The notes under the pieces are model-generated. The model had not been told where the DNA came from, searched no databases, and worked only from the letters and a program-made list of their open reading frames with translations. A program made the position numbers and the translations under genes. Below, piece by piece: positions 8,751 through 19,455 of a stretch of DNA of 53,555 bases (position 1 is the stretch's first letter; each line of letters begins with the position of its first letter). The DNA is from a candidate division WWE3 bacterium GW2011_GWC2_41_23. GTDB lineage: Bacteria > Patescibacteriota > WWE3 > UBA101185 > UBA10185. The stretch lies in NCBI GenBank assembly GCA_000996895.1, contig LCBB01000007.1:1-53555 (forward strand). The letters run 5' to 3'.

Positions 8751-10496
8751 TCACAATCCCGAGTCTTCCTGAATTTTTTCCAAAATAAACCGGGCTTTCT
8801 CGTGATTGGGGTTTAACTCCAAAGCTTTTTTTAGGTAAAAAACCGCCCCCTGCAAATTATTTCTGTTAACTTCAATTTCCGACATATTAAAATATGACTG
8901 CCACATACCGGGGTGTGTTTTGATGTTTTCTAAAAAATGCTTTTCTGCTTTATCCGGCATACCCAGTCTAAGGTAACTCAGCCCCAAATTATTGCGTGCC
9001 TCGGGATAATCCCCGTTCCTTAAATTTAATGCCACCTCAGCTTCTTTGGCAGAGTTTTCAAAATCTTCATTTTCAATATAATAATCGGCTAAAACTTTGT
9101 GAGCTCGGGGGCTGCTCGGAACTACGCTTATTGTAGACAACCAAAGTTTTTCCGGAGTGGACCAATCGACGTTTCTTGTCACTACTCTAATTGAGTAAAA
9201 TACCAAAAGCACGGCGGTGATAATAAGTGTTAGATATTTGATTCCGGTTTTTTTCTCCACCATCACAATAATTACTGCCATCAACATACAAAACCCGACG
9301 GTAGCGAGATACAAGTACCTTTCGGCAAAATAGCTTGAGATAAGAACCGGACTGAAAGTCAGGGAAAGCGCGACCGGCACAAATAGCAACAATCCTGAAA
9401 TTTCAGGCTTTCTTTTTCTTAAGTAGAGAACCAACAAGAAAAAACATAATGTAAAAACCCACATTAGAAATAAATTGGCGTCCGTTAACACATCTCCTTC
9501 ATGAAAGATCGAAAGGTTTTTAGGAAAAATAAGCAGTTTAAAATTTGAGTAAAGCGTGTAAGGAAACCTGTAAAAGTAAGGCATTGCGGCGTCAATGTTT
9601 GCCTCCGTGGAACCTGCTAGATACGAAACCCTGTTATTATATTGCCCTTGTTTATAAAAAAAATTTAAAAATGTTAAAGGAATAAAAACTGCGATGTTCT
9701 TTAATGAACTGTTAAAACTTTTCTTTTCTAAAATGAACCTGTCAATAATAAACACCAAAGGCACAAAAGATATTACAAAGTTACTCCTTATCATAAATAT
9801 CCCAAAAACACATGACCACGCCGCACCCAACATATAAATCTTTCTGTGAGAGTTTTTATACAGGTAATAAAAAACTGCCATTGTAAGAAAGCCGGTTGTC
9901 TCCAGAGAATAGTTCGATGCCGATATCCATGAAACAGCTTCTGTATTAACCGGAAATGATGCAAATAGGAAAGATGCAACCGTACCGATTTTTTTTCCGA
10001 ACAACAGTGTTCCCAAAACAAAAACCAAAAAGGAGTTTATTAAATGATAGAAAATGGAAACTATATGAAGAGGTACCGGACTTAAACCAAAAAACCTAAA
10101 CGACAGAGCGTATACAATAGACTGAATTCTCATGGAACGGAAAGCTCCGGCCAAATCCCTTACGTCCGGATTATCACGAAAGCCTAAAATGTCGTCAGCT
10201 ACAAACTGTCCTCTCAGAGAATTAAAATACAGCGCTGACACCAAAACGAAAAGTCCAAATATTATCAACCTGCTACCCTTGAGAATTGAAATAATTTCCG
10301 ATACCGATTTAATTTTATTTTTTTCGTTTTCCGCCCAAACAGTTTCAATTACTCTACCCACATCTTTTCCGGATTTTTTAATATAAGACAAAACCTCTTC
10401 CCGCGAAAGCCCTGTCTTTTTTGAGATTTCCTCTAAAGGAGTATTTTTGTATGCCGATTTTAGAAATTTTTTCTGACTTTTTGTAATTTTTGACAT
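8751..10496 (-). CDS. polytopic membrane protein with C-terminal TPR repeats (GT-C / PMT-TMTC-like glycosyltransferase)
   Basis: There are about 10 TM helices and a C-terminal TPR-like region (AEVALNLRNGDYPEARNNLGLSYLRLGMPDKAEKHF...ALELNPNHEKA). Confidence 0.6.
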   Translation of the reverse strand: MSKITKSQKKFLKSAYKNTPLEEISKKTGLSREEVLSYIKKSGKDVGRVIETVWAENEKNKIKSVSEIISILKGSRLIIFGLFVLVSALYFNSLRGQFVADDILGFRDNPDVRDLAGAFRSMRIQSIVYALSFRFFGLSPVPLHIVSIFYHLINSFLVFVLGTLLFGKKIGTVASFLFASFPVNTEAVSWISASNYSLETTGFLTMAVFYYLYKNSHRKIYMLGAAWSCVFGIFMIRSNFVISFVPLVFIIDRFILEKKSFNSSLKNIAVFIPLTFLNFFYKQGQYNNRVSYLAGSTEANIDAAMPYFYRFPYTLYSNFKLLIFPKNLSIFHEGDVLTDANLFLMWVFTLCFFLLVLYLRKRKPEISGLLLFVPVALSLTFSPVLISSYFAERYLYLATVGFCMLMAVIIVMVEKKTGIKYLTLIITAVLLVFYSIRVVTRNVDWSTPEKLWLSTISVVPSSPRAHKVLADYYIENEDFENSAKEAEVALNLRNGDYPEARNNLGLSYLRLGMPDKAEKHFLENIKTHPGMWQSYFNMSEIEVNRNNLQGAVFYLKKALELNPNHEKARFILEKIQEDSGL

Positions 10497-10685
10497 AGCT
10501 ACACTAAAAAACTGACCAAGACTTTTACTTAATCTACATTATTTTATTGGAAATTCACATTCCTTCCAACTGAGCAACCGGCGAAAAACTTGCCCCAAAA
10601 TGCTATAGTATTACCCAACTACCCCGGGCTACCAATAATGTAGCCAAAATCAGCACTTTCACAACCTAAAAGGAGAGGAGGAAAC

Positions 10686-11690
10686 GTGGCTAAACAAGGC
10701 GTTCTTACCCTAAGCATGAGTAAAGCGGGCTCTTATATTAACTGTCCGAAATATTACTTTCTCCATTATGTAATGCAGTGTGAGAGAAAAACCGATTACC
10801 CTCGGCTTATGGGTTCCACCGTACATCAATTCGTTCGGACAATGTACAGCTCTAAGAAGAATCCCCTGTACTATTCCACGCTGAAAAAAGCACAGGGAGC
10901 CTGGTTTTATAAGTGGAACGGGGCGTTGGAACAGAACAGGCTGATATTGCGGGAACAGTCAAAAAAGAGGGATGATGAGTTCGGAGTTTCCGGTTTGATG
11001 TGTGTTACACACTACTGGAATGAAAACATTGATAAACCCCGGCCCCTGGAAGTAGAAAAAAGATATAAGGTCAGAATGTTTCCGAAAGTCTGGTTTGTCG
11101 GAATTTTTGATCAAATCAGAGCCATCTCGATCGAGTCAATTGCCAAAATCAGACCGGAACTAATCATTAACGGGAAACTAATAGACGGTTATGATCCGGT
11201 TGTTCTCGTTGACCTAAAGACAGGTAGAGAATCGTACAACCCGCGGTATTTTCGCCCTGATATAACAAACGAGGAACTTGCAGCATTCCAATTTGATCTT
11301 CACGAGAACCTTCAAATAACAACGTATTACTGGCTGTACTACCAGGTGTATGGAAAACTTCCCGTCGCGTTTTACTGGTATCACTTACGCGATGGGAAAG
11401 CATTCAAAACATACCGCAACGTGAAAGACTTTCAAGAGTTCCTATATACAATGCGCCATGTGGCTGACGGAATAAAGAATGAGGCCTTTCCGATGCGCAT
11501 CGAGAAACGTTGCAAATACTGCGACTACAACAAACAGTGCGCAGAACTAAGGCCGGACCGCCCCCTTATGGCTACCGAACCATCGGACGGAATAGATTTT
11601 AACGACGGAATGACAGTGTGGCCACAGGTTATATCCACCGGAGCAAAACAACTTAGATTGAAATTCCCGTCTACGACGAAAGAAGAGTAG
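10686..11690 (+). CDS. PD-(D/E)XK nuclease, Cas4/RecB-like, with a 4-Cys cluster
   Basis: GTG start preceded by AAAGGAGAGGAGG. It has an N-terminal Cys (SYINCPKYY), a D-x-K core (VLVDLKTGR) and a C-terminal CKYCDYNKQC (C-x2-C-x5-C), as in Cas4/AddB iron-sulfur nuclease domains. Confidence 0.7.
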   Translation: MAKQGVLTLSMSKAGSYINCPKYYFLHYVMQCERKTDYPRLMGSTVHQFVRTMYSSKKNPLYYSTLKKAQGAWFYKWNGALEQNRLILREQSKKRDDEFGVSGLMCVTHYWNENIDKPRPLEVEKRYKVRMFPKVWFVGIFDQIRAISIESIAKIRPELIINGKLIDGYDPVVLVDLKTGRESYNPRYFRPDITNEELAAFQFDLHENLQITTYYWLYYQVYGKLPVAFYWYHLRDGKAFKTYRNVKDFQEFLYTMRHVADGIKNEAFPMRIEKRCKYCDYNKQCAELRPDRPLMATEPSDGIDFNDGMTVWPQVISTGAKQLRLKFPSTTKEE

Positions 11691-11696
11691 TAGCAA

Positions 11697-11737
11697 GCAC
11701 CGTTGATTTGGTTTATCCAATCTCCGGTGCTTTTTTT
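11697..11737 (+). terminator. intrinsic terminator after the nuclease gene
   Basis: GCACCG...CGGTGC stem with an imperfect inner extension, followed by T7 (11731-11737). Confidence 0.5.
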
Positions 11738-11751
11738 ACGATGGGGGTAGT

Positions 11752-11760
11752 TGCTATACT
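11752..11760 (+). promoter_or_regulatory. extended -10 promoter element (TGcTATACT) upstream of mscL
   Basis: TG-n-TATACT lies 38 nt upstream of ATG 11798, and the SD AGGAGG sits at 11783-11788. Confidence 0.4.
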
Positions 11761-11797
11761 AAAAATATCAGAGATTTAAGCTAGGAGGTGATCTTCG

Positions 11798-12100
11798 ATG
11801 AAAGGTTTTTTAGATTTTATTAGAGAACAAGGTGTCGTAGGTTTGGCGGTCGGATTTATTTTGGGCGGTGCGGTGTCAAAACTAGTTGCATCTTTAGTGG
11901 GGGACATCATCAGCCCTTTGTTAGCCTCGGGGTTAAAAAACATCGAGAACCTGCAGGGCGCTTACCTTCAAGTCGGTACAGCAAAAATAATGTGGGGAAG
12001 TTTTGTGAATGTTTTCATAGATTTCGTCGTGATAGCCCTCGTGGTTTATTTCGGTGTAAAACTATTGAAACTCGATAGGCTGGATAAAAAGAAAGCTTGA
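11798..12100 (+). CDS. mscL: large-conductance mechanosensitive channel
   Basis: N-terminus MKGFLDFIREQGVVGLAVGFILGGAVSKLVASLVGDIISPLL is the canonical MscL TM1 signature. A second TM and a basic tail follow. Confidence 0.9.
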   Translation: MKGFLDFIREQGVVGLAVGFILGGAVSKLVASLVGDIISPLLASGLKNIENLQGAYLQVGTAKIMWGSFVNVFIDFVVIALVVYFGVKLLKLDRLDKKKA

Positions 12101-12153
12101 GCTTTTAACAAAAATTAAGGCACCTGATGGTAAAACGCCGAGGGTGCTTTTTG

Positions 12154-13116
12154 TTATCCGTTAGACGCTGCCCAGAATTCAAGAGCCACAAAACATACGT
12201 AAATCATAACCAGAACTATCCCCTCTTTCCTTGAAATTGTATTTTTTGATCTCGCGAAAAAGTAAAAACAAACTAACGCAATTAGGATAAACACCAAGCT
12301 TTGTAAAAAATTATTGGTAAGCGTAACCGTACCTCCGTTCAAAAAAACTAAACCCCCGAATATTAAGGTGTTCGCAGATGCCGAACCTATGTAATCCCCA
12401 AAAGCAACGTCTTTTTTATTTTGTTTGATGCCTCTTAGTGCAAGAAAAAATTCAGGCAAATTTGTTCCGAGCGACAGTATCACTATACTCAGTAAAAACG
12501 GAGAAACCTTTGCAATTACTGAAAATGCTACAGTTTCTCTGACAATATACTCGCTTGAGAAAAAAACCAGGACCAGTCCTATTAAAATTTTCAACACATT
12601 CAGAACGTGTGTCTTTCCGTCCAATTTCAATGAGGTTTGAATAGTTTCAATTTTTTCTATAAGATTTTGTTTTCTTTGAACGATATAAAGTGTGGAAATG
12701 TACAGAAGAATCATTAGAATCGCCTCGAAAACACCTACCCTTTTGTCAGCTACTAACAAAGATGGGGCGACACACACTATCATCGCTGCCAACAACCCTT
12801 TGCTATCCATACGGTGACTAAGATTTATTCCGTTGCCGAATATCGCCAGTACGGGAACTATTAACAAGAAAATAACAACTATTCCCCCAAGAAGGTTGCC
12901 CACAAAAATCTGGGGGTCGTGCTCCACAACGGAAGTTACTCCCACCGCTAATTCCGGAATGGAGGTTAAAAGACCGAGTATAAAAAAGGATAGAGCAAAA
13001 GTTGAGATCTTCAATATTTTTGAAGCTTTTTCAACTGCTGAAATAATCAACCCCGATCCGAACCAAAGGACAATAAACATTAAAAAATACACCAACGCTC
13101 GGAGCAGGATTTCCAT
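12154..13116 (-). CDS. Ca2+/Na+ (CaCA family, YrbG-like) antiporter
   Basis: Two alpha-repeat signatures (GLLTSIPELAVG and GTNLPEFFLAL) in a protein with about 10 TM helices. Confidence 0.8.
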   Translation of the reverse strand: MEILLRALVYFLMFIVLWFGSGLIISAVEKASKILKISTFALSFFILGLLTSIPELAVGVTSVVEHDPQIFVGNLLGGIVVIFLLIVPVLAIFGNGINLSHRMDSKGLLAAMIVCVAPSLLVADKRVGVFEAILMILLYISTLYIVQRKQNLIEKIETIQTSLKLDGKTHVLNVLKILIGLVLVFFSSEYIVRETVAFSVIAKVSPFLLSIVILSLGTNLPEFFLALRGIKQNKKDVAFGDYIGSASANTLIFGGLVFLNGGTVTLTNNFLQSLVFILIALVCFYFFARSKNTISRKEGIVLVMIYVCFVALEFWAASNG

Positions 13117-13170
13117 TAATTAATTATCCAGTATTAATTTTTTAATTCAACTTCGGCGGGGAAAAAGCTT

Positions 13171-13719
13171 TTAAAAAACGAGCAGTCTTAACAAGTGACC
13201 TCCGTAAGCAAACATCAGGGCACCTATGAAGTTGGCGACTAGCGCTGTCCACGTGTATTTCCAAAGCGAAATTTTATACATTCCTCCAAGCACGCTTACA
13301 ATTTTTCCACCGTATCCAGGCAGAAATCTTCCGAAGATTAAAAACATAACGGAGTTAACGGGAAACTTTTTCTTGATTATCGGAATCGTGAATGTCTTAC
13401 CTTTTGTCCCTGTAGCGTCCCTGACTTTTAAGCCTAGGAAATATTCCACCAATGCCGCGACCGTGTTCCCGACAGTAGCAATAATAGTTCCTCCAAGAAT
13501 CCCGAACACCATGCCGTTCACGATTGTAAGTGAATCTGTAGGTACCGGTGTAACACTAAAAAGACCGTATAGACCTACACTTATCAGAGGCCCTAAGATC
13601 CCGGATGATTTAAGAAGCTCTTCCAAATTACTGAAATATTTCAAAGCCAGAACTACGATAGCGCCGGAAATGAGGGCACCGACAATAGTCCACCGCGCAG
13701 TCTTTTTTTCATTATCCAT
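13171..13719 (-). CDS. TVP38/TMEM64 (DedA-related) family membrane protein
   Basis: 182 aa with 4-5 TM helices. The motif VPTDSLTIVNGMVFGILGG is typical of SNARE-associated/DedA-like proteins. Confidence 0.5.
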   Translation of the reverse strand: MDNEKKTARWTIVGALISGAIVVLALKYFSNLEELLKSSGILGPLISVGLYGLFSVTPVPTDSLTIVNGMVFGILGGTIIATVGNTVAALVEYFLGLKVRDATGTKGKTFTIPIIKKKFPVNSVMFLIFGRFLPGYGGKIVSVLGGMYKISLWKYTWTALVANFIGALMFAYGGHLLRLLVF

Positions 13720-13799
13720 ATGAAAAATTATACTTCATTTTTTGTCCGTAGAAGAACAGGAAGATAATTTTGATATACTCAGCATAGACCCGGCAACGT

Positions 13800-15371
13800 A
13801 TGAAACATAAAGCAGCCCCGATCATAATAATTACTCTTATCTCCGCTCTTGGAATATTTCTGCGTTTGTGGCATATAGAATTCGGCCTTCCCCACAGTTT
13901 TTACGCCGACGAACCCGAGATAGCAGAACTTGCCATAAAATATACGTACGAAATTAAATCAATCGTCTCCGGGGGAGATTATTACAAACTGATTCCCATA
14001 TCTTATGTTTACGGAGCTTTTCCCTCTTACCTTTTTACTATTTTTACGATGGGATTCAGCAAAATATCGAATGTTTTTGGGGTCCCGGCAACCAAGTACG
14101 ACTTGTATGTGGCAATGAGAGTTTTCAATGCCCTATTAAGTTTTCTGATCGTACCGGTTATAACATTTATCTTTTACAAAAAAACAAGACGTGCAAAACT
14201 CTCAATACTCCTGTATTTTCTACTCGCACTAAACTGGAAACTAATAGTACACGCTCATTACATCAACGCGGATATAATACTAACCCTGCTGATATCATTA
14301 TCTTTTCTTACAGCACTTCTCTATCTTGAAAAAGAAAAAAATGATACGCTGCTTACGGTTTTAACAGGAATATTTCTAGGGTTAGCCATCGGTACTAAAA
14401 TCACTTCTCTTATAACGCTACCCCTTTTTGTCTGGGTCTTTTATAAGAGGGGGCAATTTAGGAACGTAGTAGCTTTGCTATTTATAACTTTTGGAGCATT
14501 CATATTGTCCAACCCGTTCTCTCTTATTTTCGTTCAGGATTTTGTTTACAGAGTTTATGAAATGGTGTTTAAAGAAGGCGGTCTTGTCTTCGATTCCGTA
14601 GACTATGGTTATTTTAAATACATTTACGCTCTCGGTTTTATCGTTACTCCTGCCGTTTTGTTTTTGTCGGTAATCGGGATATTTTCCAAGAGAAAAGAAA
14701 AATTTGACCTGTTCCTGATACTTAATATTCTTTTCTACCTGGTTTTCTTCTCCGTACAATCCAGAAGAATAGACAGGTGGCTTCTTCCGATTTTGCCGGT
14801 GGTTCTTTATTTTTCAGCTCGGGGTATAGAAAAACTCAGAAGTAAAATTAACGACAAACTGTCCTACTTAATAGTTTTTACTACTTTGGGATTTTATTTA
14901 TATTTCCCTGCACTTTTATTAACTCAGTTTCAAAGGTGGACACCCAAGTCCGAAGCCTATTTATGGGCGCAGGAAAACACTCCCCCACTTACAACAAAAC
15001 TTGTCTACACTGAGGAAGGATTGGACCCGATGAACAAGTTGCCGGGAGCAAAAGTTTATCAATACGAGGTTTACTCTTCAAAAAACGCCGAACTTTTTTA
15101 CCCCAAAAATCCGGCTTATTACGATTATGTGATTGTCTCCTCAAGGCCGATGGAAAATTACAAAAAACCGGAGGTCGGCGGAGCTTACCCCGAATATTAC
15201 AAAAGGTGGGATAAATTTTCCAATACTTTGGTTTCTAAGGAAAAGTTTGAGCTTGCGAAAGACTTCACTTTATCAAAACCGAGCTTGATACCGCTATCGG
15301 ACGTGTTTATATACAGAAATTTAGATAAGAAACCATTACCCGTTTCGCGTGTGATTCCCTTTTTAAACTAA
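13800..15371 (+). CDS. GT-C glycosyltransferase (family 39 / ArnT-PMT-like)
   Basis: N-terminal [20 protein letters not shown] loop after TM1, about 11 TM helices, and a soluble C-terminal domain. Confidence 0.65.
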   Translation: MKHKAAPIIIITLISALGIFLRLWHIEFGLPHSFYADEPEIAELAIKYTYEIKSIVSGGDYYKLIPISYVYGAFPSYLFTIFTMGFSKISNVFGVPATKYDLYVAMRVFNALLSFLIVPVITFIFYKKTRRAKLSILLYFLLALNWKLIVHAHYINADIILTLLISLSFLTALLYLEKEKNDTLLTVLTGIFLGLAIGTKITSLITLPLFVWVFYKRGQFRNVVALLFITFGAFILSNPFSLIFVQDFVYRVYEMVFKEGGLVFDSVDYGYFKYIYALGFIVTPAVLFLSVIGIFSKRKEKFDLFLILNILFYLVFFSVQSRRIDRWLLPILPVVLYFSARGIEKLRSKINDKLSYLIVFTTLGFYLYFPALLLTQFQRWTPKSEAYLWAQENTPPLTTKLVYTEEGLDPMNKLPGAKVYQYEVYSSKNAELFYPKNPAYYDYVIVSSRPMENYKKPEVGGAYPEYYKRWDKFSNTLVSKEKFELAKDFTLSKPSLIPLSDVFIYRNLDKKPLPVSRVIPFLN

Positions 15372-16621
15372 AGGTAATCCCTTAGACGTTTACTTCTCGA
15401 AGGATGTCTTAGTTTTCTCAACGCTTTGGCTTCTATTTGTCGGATTCTTTCGCGGGTAACACCGAACTCCTTGCCTACTTCCTCAAGTGTGCGGGTACGC
15501 CCGTCCTTTAATCCGAACCTCAGTTCCAAAACTTTTCTTTCTCTCGGATTTAAGGACTGCAAAACTTCGTCGATGTGTCCTTTTAATAATTCCCGGCTGG
15601 CCGCCTCAAAAGGAGACAGTGTAGTTTCGTCCTCAATGAATTCTTTTAGTCTGGTATCTTCTTCTTTTCCTACGGGAGTTTCCAGTGAAGTAACATCCTG
15701 AGCGATTTTTACAATGTCGTGAGCTTTCTCGGGTTCTATTCCCATAACCTTGGCTACTTCTTCGGGGGTCGGTGTTCTTTCAAATTTTTGCTCGAGTTCG
15801 CGCTCGATTTTCTTATACTTGTGGATTGTTTCCACCATGTGAACGGGAACACGGATTGTCTTGGCCTGGTCTGCAATAGCTCTGGTGATGGCTTGTCTTA
15901 TCCACCATGTTGCGTAGGTTGAGAATTTAAAACCCCTTCGCCAATCAAATTTATCAACCGCCTTCATTAATCCCATGTTTCCTTCCTGAATAAGATCGAG
16001 GAACTGAAGCCCTCTGCCCATGTGTTTTTTTGCAATTGAAACAACAAGGCGGGTATTGGCTTTTATTAACATTTCGTGAGCACGGGCTCCCTCTTTATCA
16101 TTTGTGCCGTGAGAAAATGCTTCTATTTCCTTCACTTCCCTTTCCTTGAGTCCCATTTCTTTAGAAATGTCTTTTGGACTGGGTTTTTTATTGCCCTCGT
16201 GCTGCATGTCCTTAATCATTTTTTTGTATCTTATTACCTCGGCTTTTTTTGCTAAATCAACTTCTTCCAGGGAAGTTAAAAGACTGTAGTTGCCAATTTC
16301 TCTGAGGTACATCCTTACCGGATCGGAGCTTACCGTCTTATCAAGTTTTATCTGTGAAAGATCGATGTCTTCAAACTTGTGTATTTTCTCGGCTTCTTTT
16401 TCGGAGGTCACGTCGAACACATCAACTCCGGCATCGACTAGTTTCTCGTAAAGAAAATCGAGTGTTTCAAGCTCTTCTTCGGCTTGGGGAAACAATTCAA
16501 GTATATTGTCCAGTGTGAGAAAACCTTGTTTTTTTCCTTTAGTTACAAGACGGGAAATGACTGCGTCGCTTATCGCACCTTTGCCTTTTTTTTCTTCAGA
16601 CTCTTTAGATTTTTTTACCAT
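15368..16621 (-). CDS. rpoD: RNA polymerase primary sigma factor (sigma-70)
   Basis: Region 2 [27 protein letters not shown] and region 4.2 [30 protein letters not shown]. Confidence 0.95.
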   Translation of the reverse strand: MVKKSKESEEKKGKGAISDAVISRLVTKGKKQGFLTLDNILELFPQAEEELETLDFLYEKLVDAGVDVFDVTSEKEAEKIHKFEDIDLSQIKLDKTVSSDPVRMYLREIGNYSLLTSLEEVDLAKKAEVIRYKKMIKDMQHEGNKKPSPKDISKEMGLKEREVKEIEAFSHGTNDKEGARAHEMLIKANTRLVVSIAKKHMGRGLQFLDLIQEGNMGLMKAVDKFDWRRGFKFSTYATWWIRQAITRAIADQAKTIRVPVHMVETIHKYKKIERELEQKFERTPTPEEVAKVMGIEPEKAHDIVKIAQDVTSLETPVGKEEDTRLKEFIEDETTLSPFEAASRELLKGHIDEVLQSLNPRERKVLELRFGLKDGRTRTLEEVGKEFGVTRERIRQIEAKALRKLRHPSRSKRLRDYL

Positions 16622-16654
16622 GTTTAAAGTTTAATAATTAGGAAAATTAATACA

Positions 16655-18421
16655 CTACAAAAACAATTTTTTAAGTTTTTCTACTTTTTTTGTTAGTTTT
16701 AGAACCAGATCCCAATCTTTTTCCAGTTCCGCAACCTTTATCTTCTCCGTTAAGATCCTAACTGCTCTTTTAGCAGAATCTTTTTTAATACGTTTAAAGA
16801 CACTATCGATTTCCCTCTCAAGGATTTGAGGGGAGTTAACCTCAATAATACCATCAAAATCCCATAGGTAAAGTTCCGAAATATTGTCATGATAGCCTTC
16901 CTCGGCCTTTTTTATGACTTGTTTAATGTTGAAGGATTTTCTGTCTTCTTTTAAGTAGGCAACTAAGGCCTCATAGATATTAACCACTATAGGGTTTATG
17001 AAATCCTCAACGTCCATTTTATACCCGTATTCACGCATTATGTCAATATCCGCCTTTAATAAAAGGGCGAGAAAATAACCTTCGGGGTTGTCTCTGGAAA
17101 GAAGCGGTAGTTTTTCGTCATCTTCCCCCGCCCCATCGCTGTATCCTCCGAGAGAACCTCCCTTAAACATCGTGCTTACGGTGTCCTCGGACAAACCTAG
17201 TTCTGTTGCCAACATTTTCGAGTAGTGATCAACTATAACCGGGTTATTTATCTTCGAGAAAACAGGAACCAAGGTTTCTAAAATAAGCTTTTTACCGAGA
17301 GCCGACTCTTTGCTATTAACCTTAAGCGTACTTGAAATATAAAAATCGTAAACATCCACCGCATCCCGAATAGCAATTTTAGCTTTCTCAGGATCTGCTT
17401 TTAAAACCTCGTCCAAATCCTTATACGGAGGAGGGATTATGGTCACTTTTATGTTAAAACCCAGCTTTTCGGCGATTTCTACCGCGCGGTAAACAGCGTG
17501 CACGCCTGCTGAGTCAGCATCAAAACAGAACGTGAGGTCGTTGGTGTATCTTTGCAAAATTTTGAGCTGAGACTCTGCCAAAGCAGTCCCGGAAGAGGCA
17601 ACAATGTTCTTTATCCCCTCCTGATACGCACTAATAACATCCATCTGTCCTTCAACAATCACGGCGCCGAGCTTTTTAATGTCTATTTTGGCGTTTACCA
17701 AATTAAAAAGGAACGTGCTTTTGTGAAACACCGCAGTTTCAGCAGTATTCATGTATTTCGGTTCACGATCCAATATAGTCCTACCGTTAAAACCAACAAC
17801 ATTCCCGTCTATTCCCTTGAAGGGAAAGACTACCCTTCCGCGGAACTTATCTAAATATCCGGTTCCCGAACTTTTCTCTGAAATCACACCGGCGTCCAGC
17901 ATTTCATTCTCGTGTATACCTTGTTTCTTAAGAAATTTATGCAAAGAGTCCCAGGTATCGGGCGCGTACCCCATCTGAAAAAAATCTATCGTTTCGGGAG
18001 TTAGTTTTCTTTTCTCAGTGAGATACTGAAGCCCTATTTTTCCTTCGGGGTGCTTAGTCAAAACGTAGTGATAATACTTTGCTGTCAGATTATTTATCTG
18101 ATAAAGCTCTTTTCTTTTAGCCGACTCGGGGTCGTAATCTTTCTTCTCAAGTTTTATTCCTGCTTTAACGGCTAACTGCTCGAGGGCCGCTGAAAACTCA
18201 ATCCCTTCTATCTTTTCGACGAATTTAAATATGTCTCCCGCCTCACCGCAACCGAAACACTTATAAATCTGAAGCTCGGGAGAGACCATAAAAGAAGGGG
18301 TATTTTCTGAATGAAAGGGACAAATACCCTTATAGTTACGTCCTGCCTTTTTCAAGCTAACGTAAGAACCTACAAGATCTACAATGTCTATCTTTTGCTT
18401 AATCTCGTTAATCGTGTCCAT
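16655..18421 (-). CDS. dnaG: DNA primase
   Basis: CHC2 zinc finger CPFHSENTPSFMVSPELQIYKCFGCG and TOPRIM motif VIVEGQMDVIS, in the conserved position upstream of rpoD. Confidence 0.95.
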   Translation of the reverse strand: MDTINEIKQKIDIVDLVGSYVSLKKAGRNYKGICPFHSENTPSFMVSPELQIYKCFGCGEAGDIFKFVEKIEGIEFSAALEQLAVKAGIKLEKKDYDPESAKRKELYQINNLTAKYYHYVLTKHPEGKIGLQYLTEKRKLTPETIDFFQMGYAPDTWDSLHKFLKKQGIHENEMLDAGVISEKSSGTGYLDKFRGRVVFPFKGIDGNVVGFNGRTILDREPKYMNTAETAVFHKSTFLFNLVNAKIDIKKLGAVIVEGQMDVISAYQEGIKNIVASSGTALAESQLKILQRYTNDLTFCFDADSAGVHAVYRAVEIAEKLGFNIKVTIIPPPYKDLDEVLKADPEKAKIAIRDAVDVYDFYISSTLKVNSKESALGKKLILETLVPVFSKINNPVIVDHYSKMLATELGLSEDTVSTMFKGGSLGGYSDGAGEDDEKLPLLSRDNPEGYFLALLLKADIDIMREYGYKMDVEDFINPIVVNIYEALVAYLKEDRKSFNIKQVIKKAEEGYHDNISELYLWDFDGIIEVNSPQILEREIDSVFKRIKKDSAKRAVRILTEKIKVAELEKDWDLVLKLTKKVEKLKKLFL

Positions 18422-18549
18422 TGTTCTTTGTATAGCATACCTCGGTTTAAATCACAAACAAAACCCAAATAGGCGGTAGATGCCTCATAAGAACGCTCTT
18501 TGGATCTTACGATTGCAGTCCTATAGTACTTTACTAAAATGCTATGGGG

Positions 18550-18558
18550 TGTTATAAT
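18550..18558 (+). promoter_or_regulatory. extended -10 promoter element (TGtTATAAT)
   Basis: It lies in the divergent region between dnaG and the 18616 gene. The SD AAGGAG is at 18605-18610. Confidence 0.4.
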
Positions 18559-18615
18559 TCCAGAATCCTTTAACTGGGACGCACCTTGAAATTATAAATC
18601 CAACAAGGAGATGAA

Positions 18616-19383
18616 ATGAATAAGTTTTCGGTAGTTATAGTGCTAGTCGTGGTTTTTGCAGTGCTTGGCGCTGCCGCTTCGCCTGTGCAAGCGCAGGTGA
18701 GCGAAACGATGGTTATTTTCATTAAAGAGGCCTCGCTGGGGGAACACTCGTGTAGCTCGAGCGAATGGCACATTATCATCAACCAGGTTGAGAACGAAAC
18801 CCTGGCACCAACCAGTGTCGACATATTCTGGAAAAACGGAACAACCGAAACCGTACCTTTATCTAAGTTTACCGGAGGTGCGGCCCATTATTACACGAAC
18901 TCCAATCTGGACAGCCAGATTGTCAGTGCCTCCGCAGTAATTTATAGCGATTGGAGCGGACAGTTCGTGCTATCTCACGGTCCTTGCAATACGAATACGC
19001 CGACATTAACTACCACGGTAACTGTCACGGAAACGGTCACTCAAACTCCGACAGCTACCATCACGGTAACTGAGACATCTACCAACACCCCAACTGTTAC
19101 GGAAACTCCTACGGAGACCGGAACACCTATCAACACTCCGACCGAGACTGTGACTCAAACGGAAACTCCGATAGAGACAATCACGCAGACTCCTACCGGA
19201 ACACCTACTGAGACAGACACTCCGACGGCTACCATCACGGTAACCAACACTTCGTCCAATCCCACACCCATAGAACCTTCTTTGGGTGGCGGAAAACCGG
19301 AATCAAAGCAAGCGACCTTCTTTTGGCCAGCTATTCTCGGCCTTATAGCGATCGCGTCGTTCGTAGTGTTCAAAAAGCACTAA
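18616..19383 (+). CDS. secreted Thr/Pro/Glu-repeat surface protein with C-terminal hydrophobic anchor and basic tail
   Basis: Signal peptide (VFAVLGAAASPVQAQ), a globular N-domain, about 90 aa of TPTETVTQTETP-type repeats, and the C-terminus ...PSLGGGKPESKQATFFWPAILGLIAIASFVVFKKH. Confidence 0.7.
   Translation: MNKFSVVIVLVVVFAVLGAAASPVQAQVSETMVIFIKEASLGEHSCSSSEWHIIINQVENETLAPTSVDIFWKNGTTETVPLSKFTGGAAHYYTNSNLDSQIVSASAVIYSDWSGQFVLSHGPCNTNTPTLTTTVTVTETVTQTPTATITVTETSTNTPTVTETPTETGTPINTPTETVTQTETPIETITQTPTGTPTETDTPTATITVTNTSSNPTPIEPSLGGGKPESKQATFFWPAILGLIAIASFVVFKKH
19003..19270 (+). repeat. in-frame low-complexity ACN/CCN/GAR repeats encoding a Thr-Pro-Glu linker
   Basis: Imperfect tandem ACGGAAACT/CCGACN units inside the 18616 CDS. 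Confidence 0.8.
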
Positions 19384-19392
19384 AACCTACCG

Positions 19393-19443
19393 GGGAGGCG
19401 CTGAGATAAAAACAATTTTCTTAGCGTCTCCCACATCCTTTTT
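19393..19443 (+). terminator. terminator or attenuator hairpin between the repeat protein and the lipoprotein gene
   Basis: A 14-bp stem pairs GGGAGGCGCTGAGA with TCTTAGCGTCTCCC (two G-U pairs). A short T run follows, immediately before the AAGGAGG SD of the next gene. Confidence 0.45.
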
Positions 19444-19455
19444 AAGGAGGTTCCG

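Noticed and set aside
13226-13723. 165-aa + strand ORF opposite the DedA/TVP38-like gene
   Set aside because: It mirrors a membrane-protein gene whose own translation shows clear TM helices and family motifs. The antisense product is Pro/Thr/Ile-rich without structure.
19003-19270. Tandem short repeats that could be mistaken for a CRISPR-like or VNTR array
   Set aside because: The units are 9-12 nt, imperfect, and in frame inside a CDS encoding a Thr-Pro-Glu linker. There is no repeat-spacer architecture.
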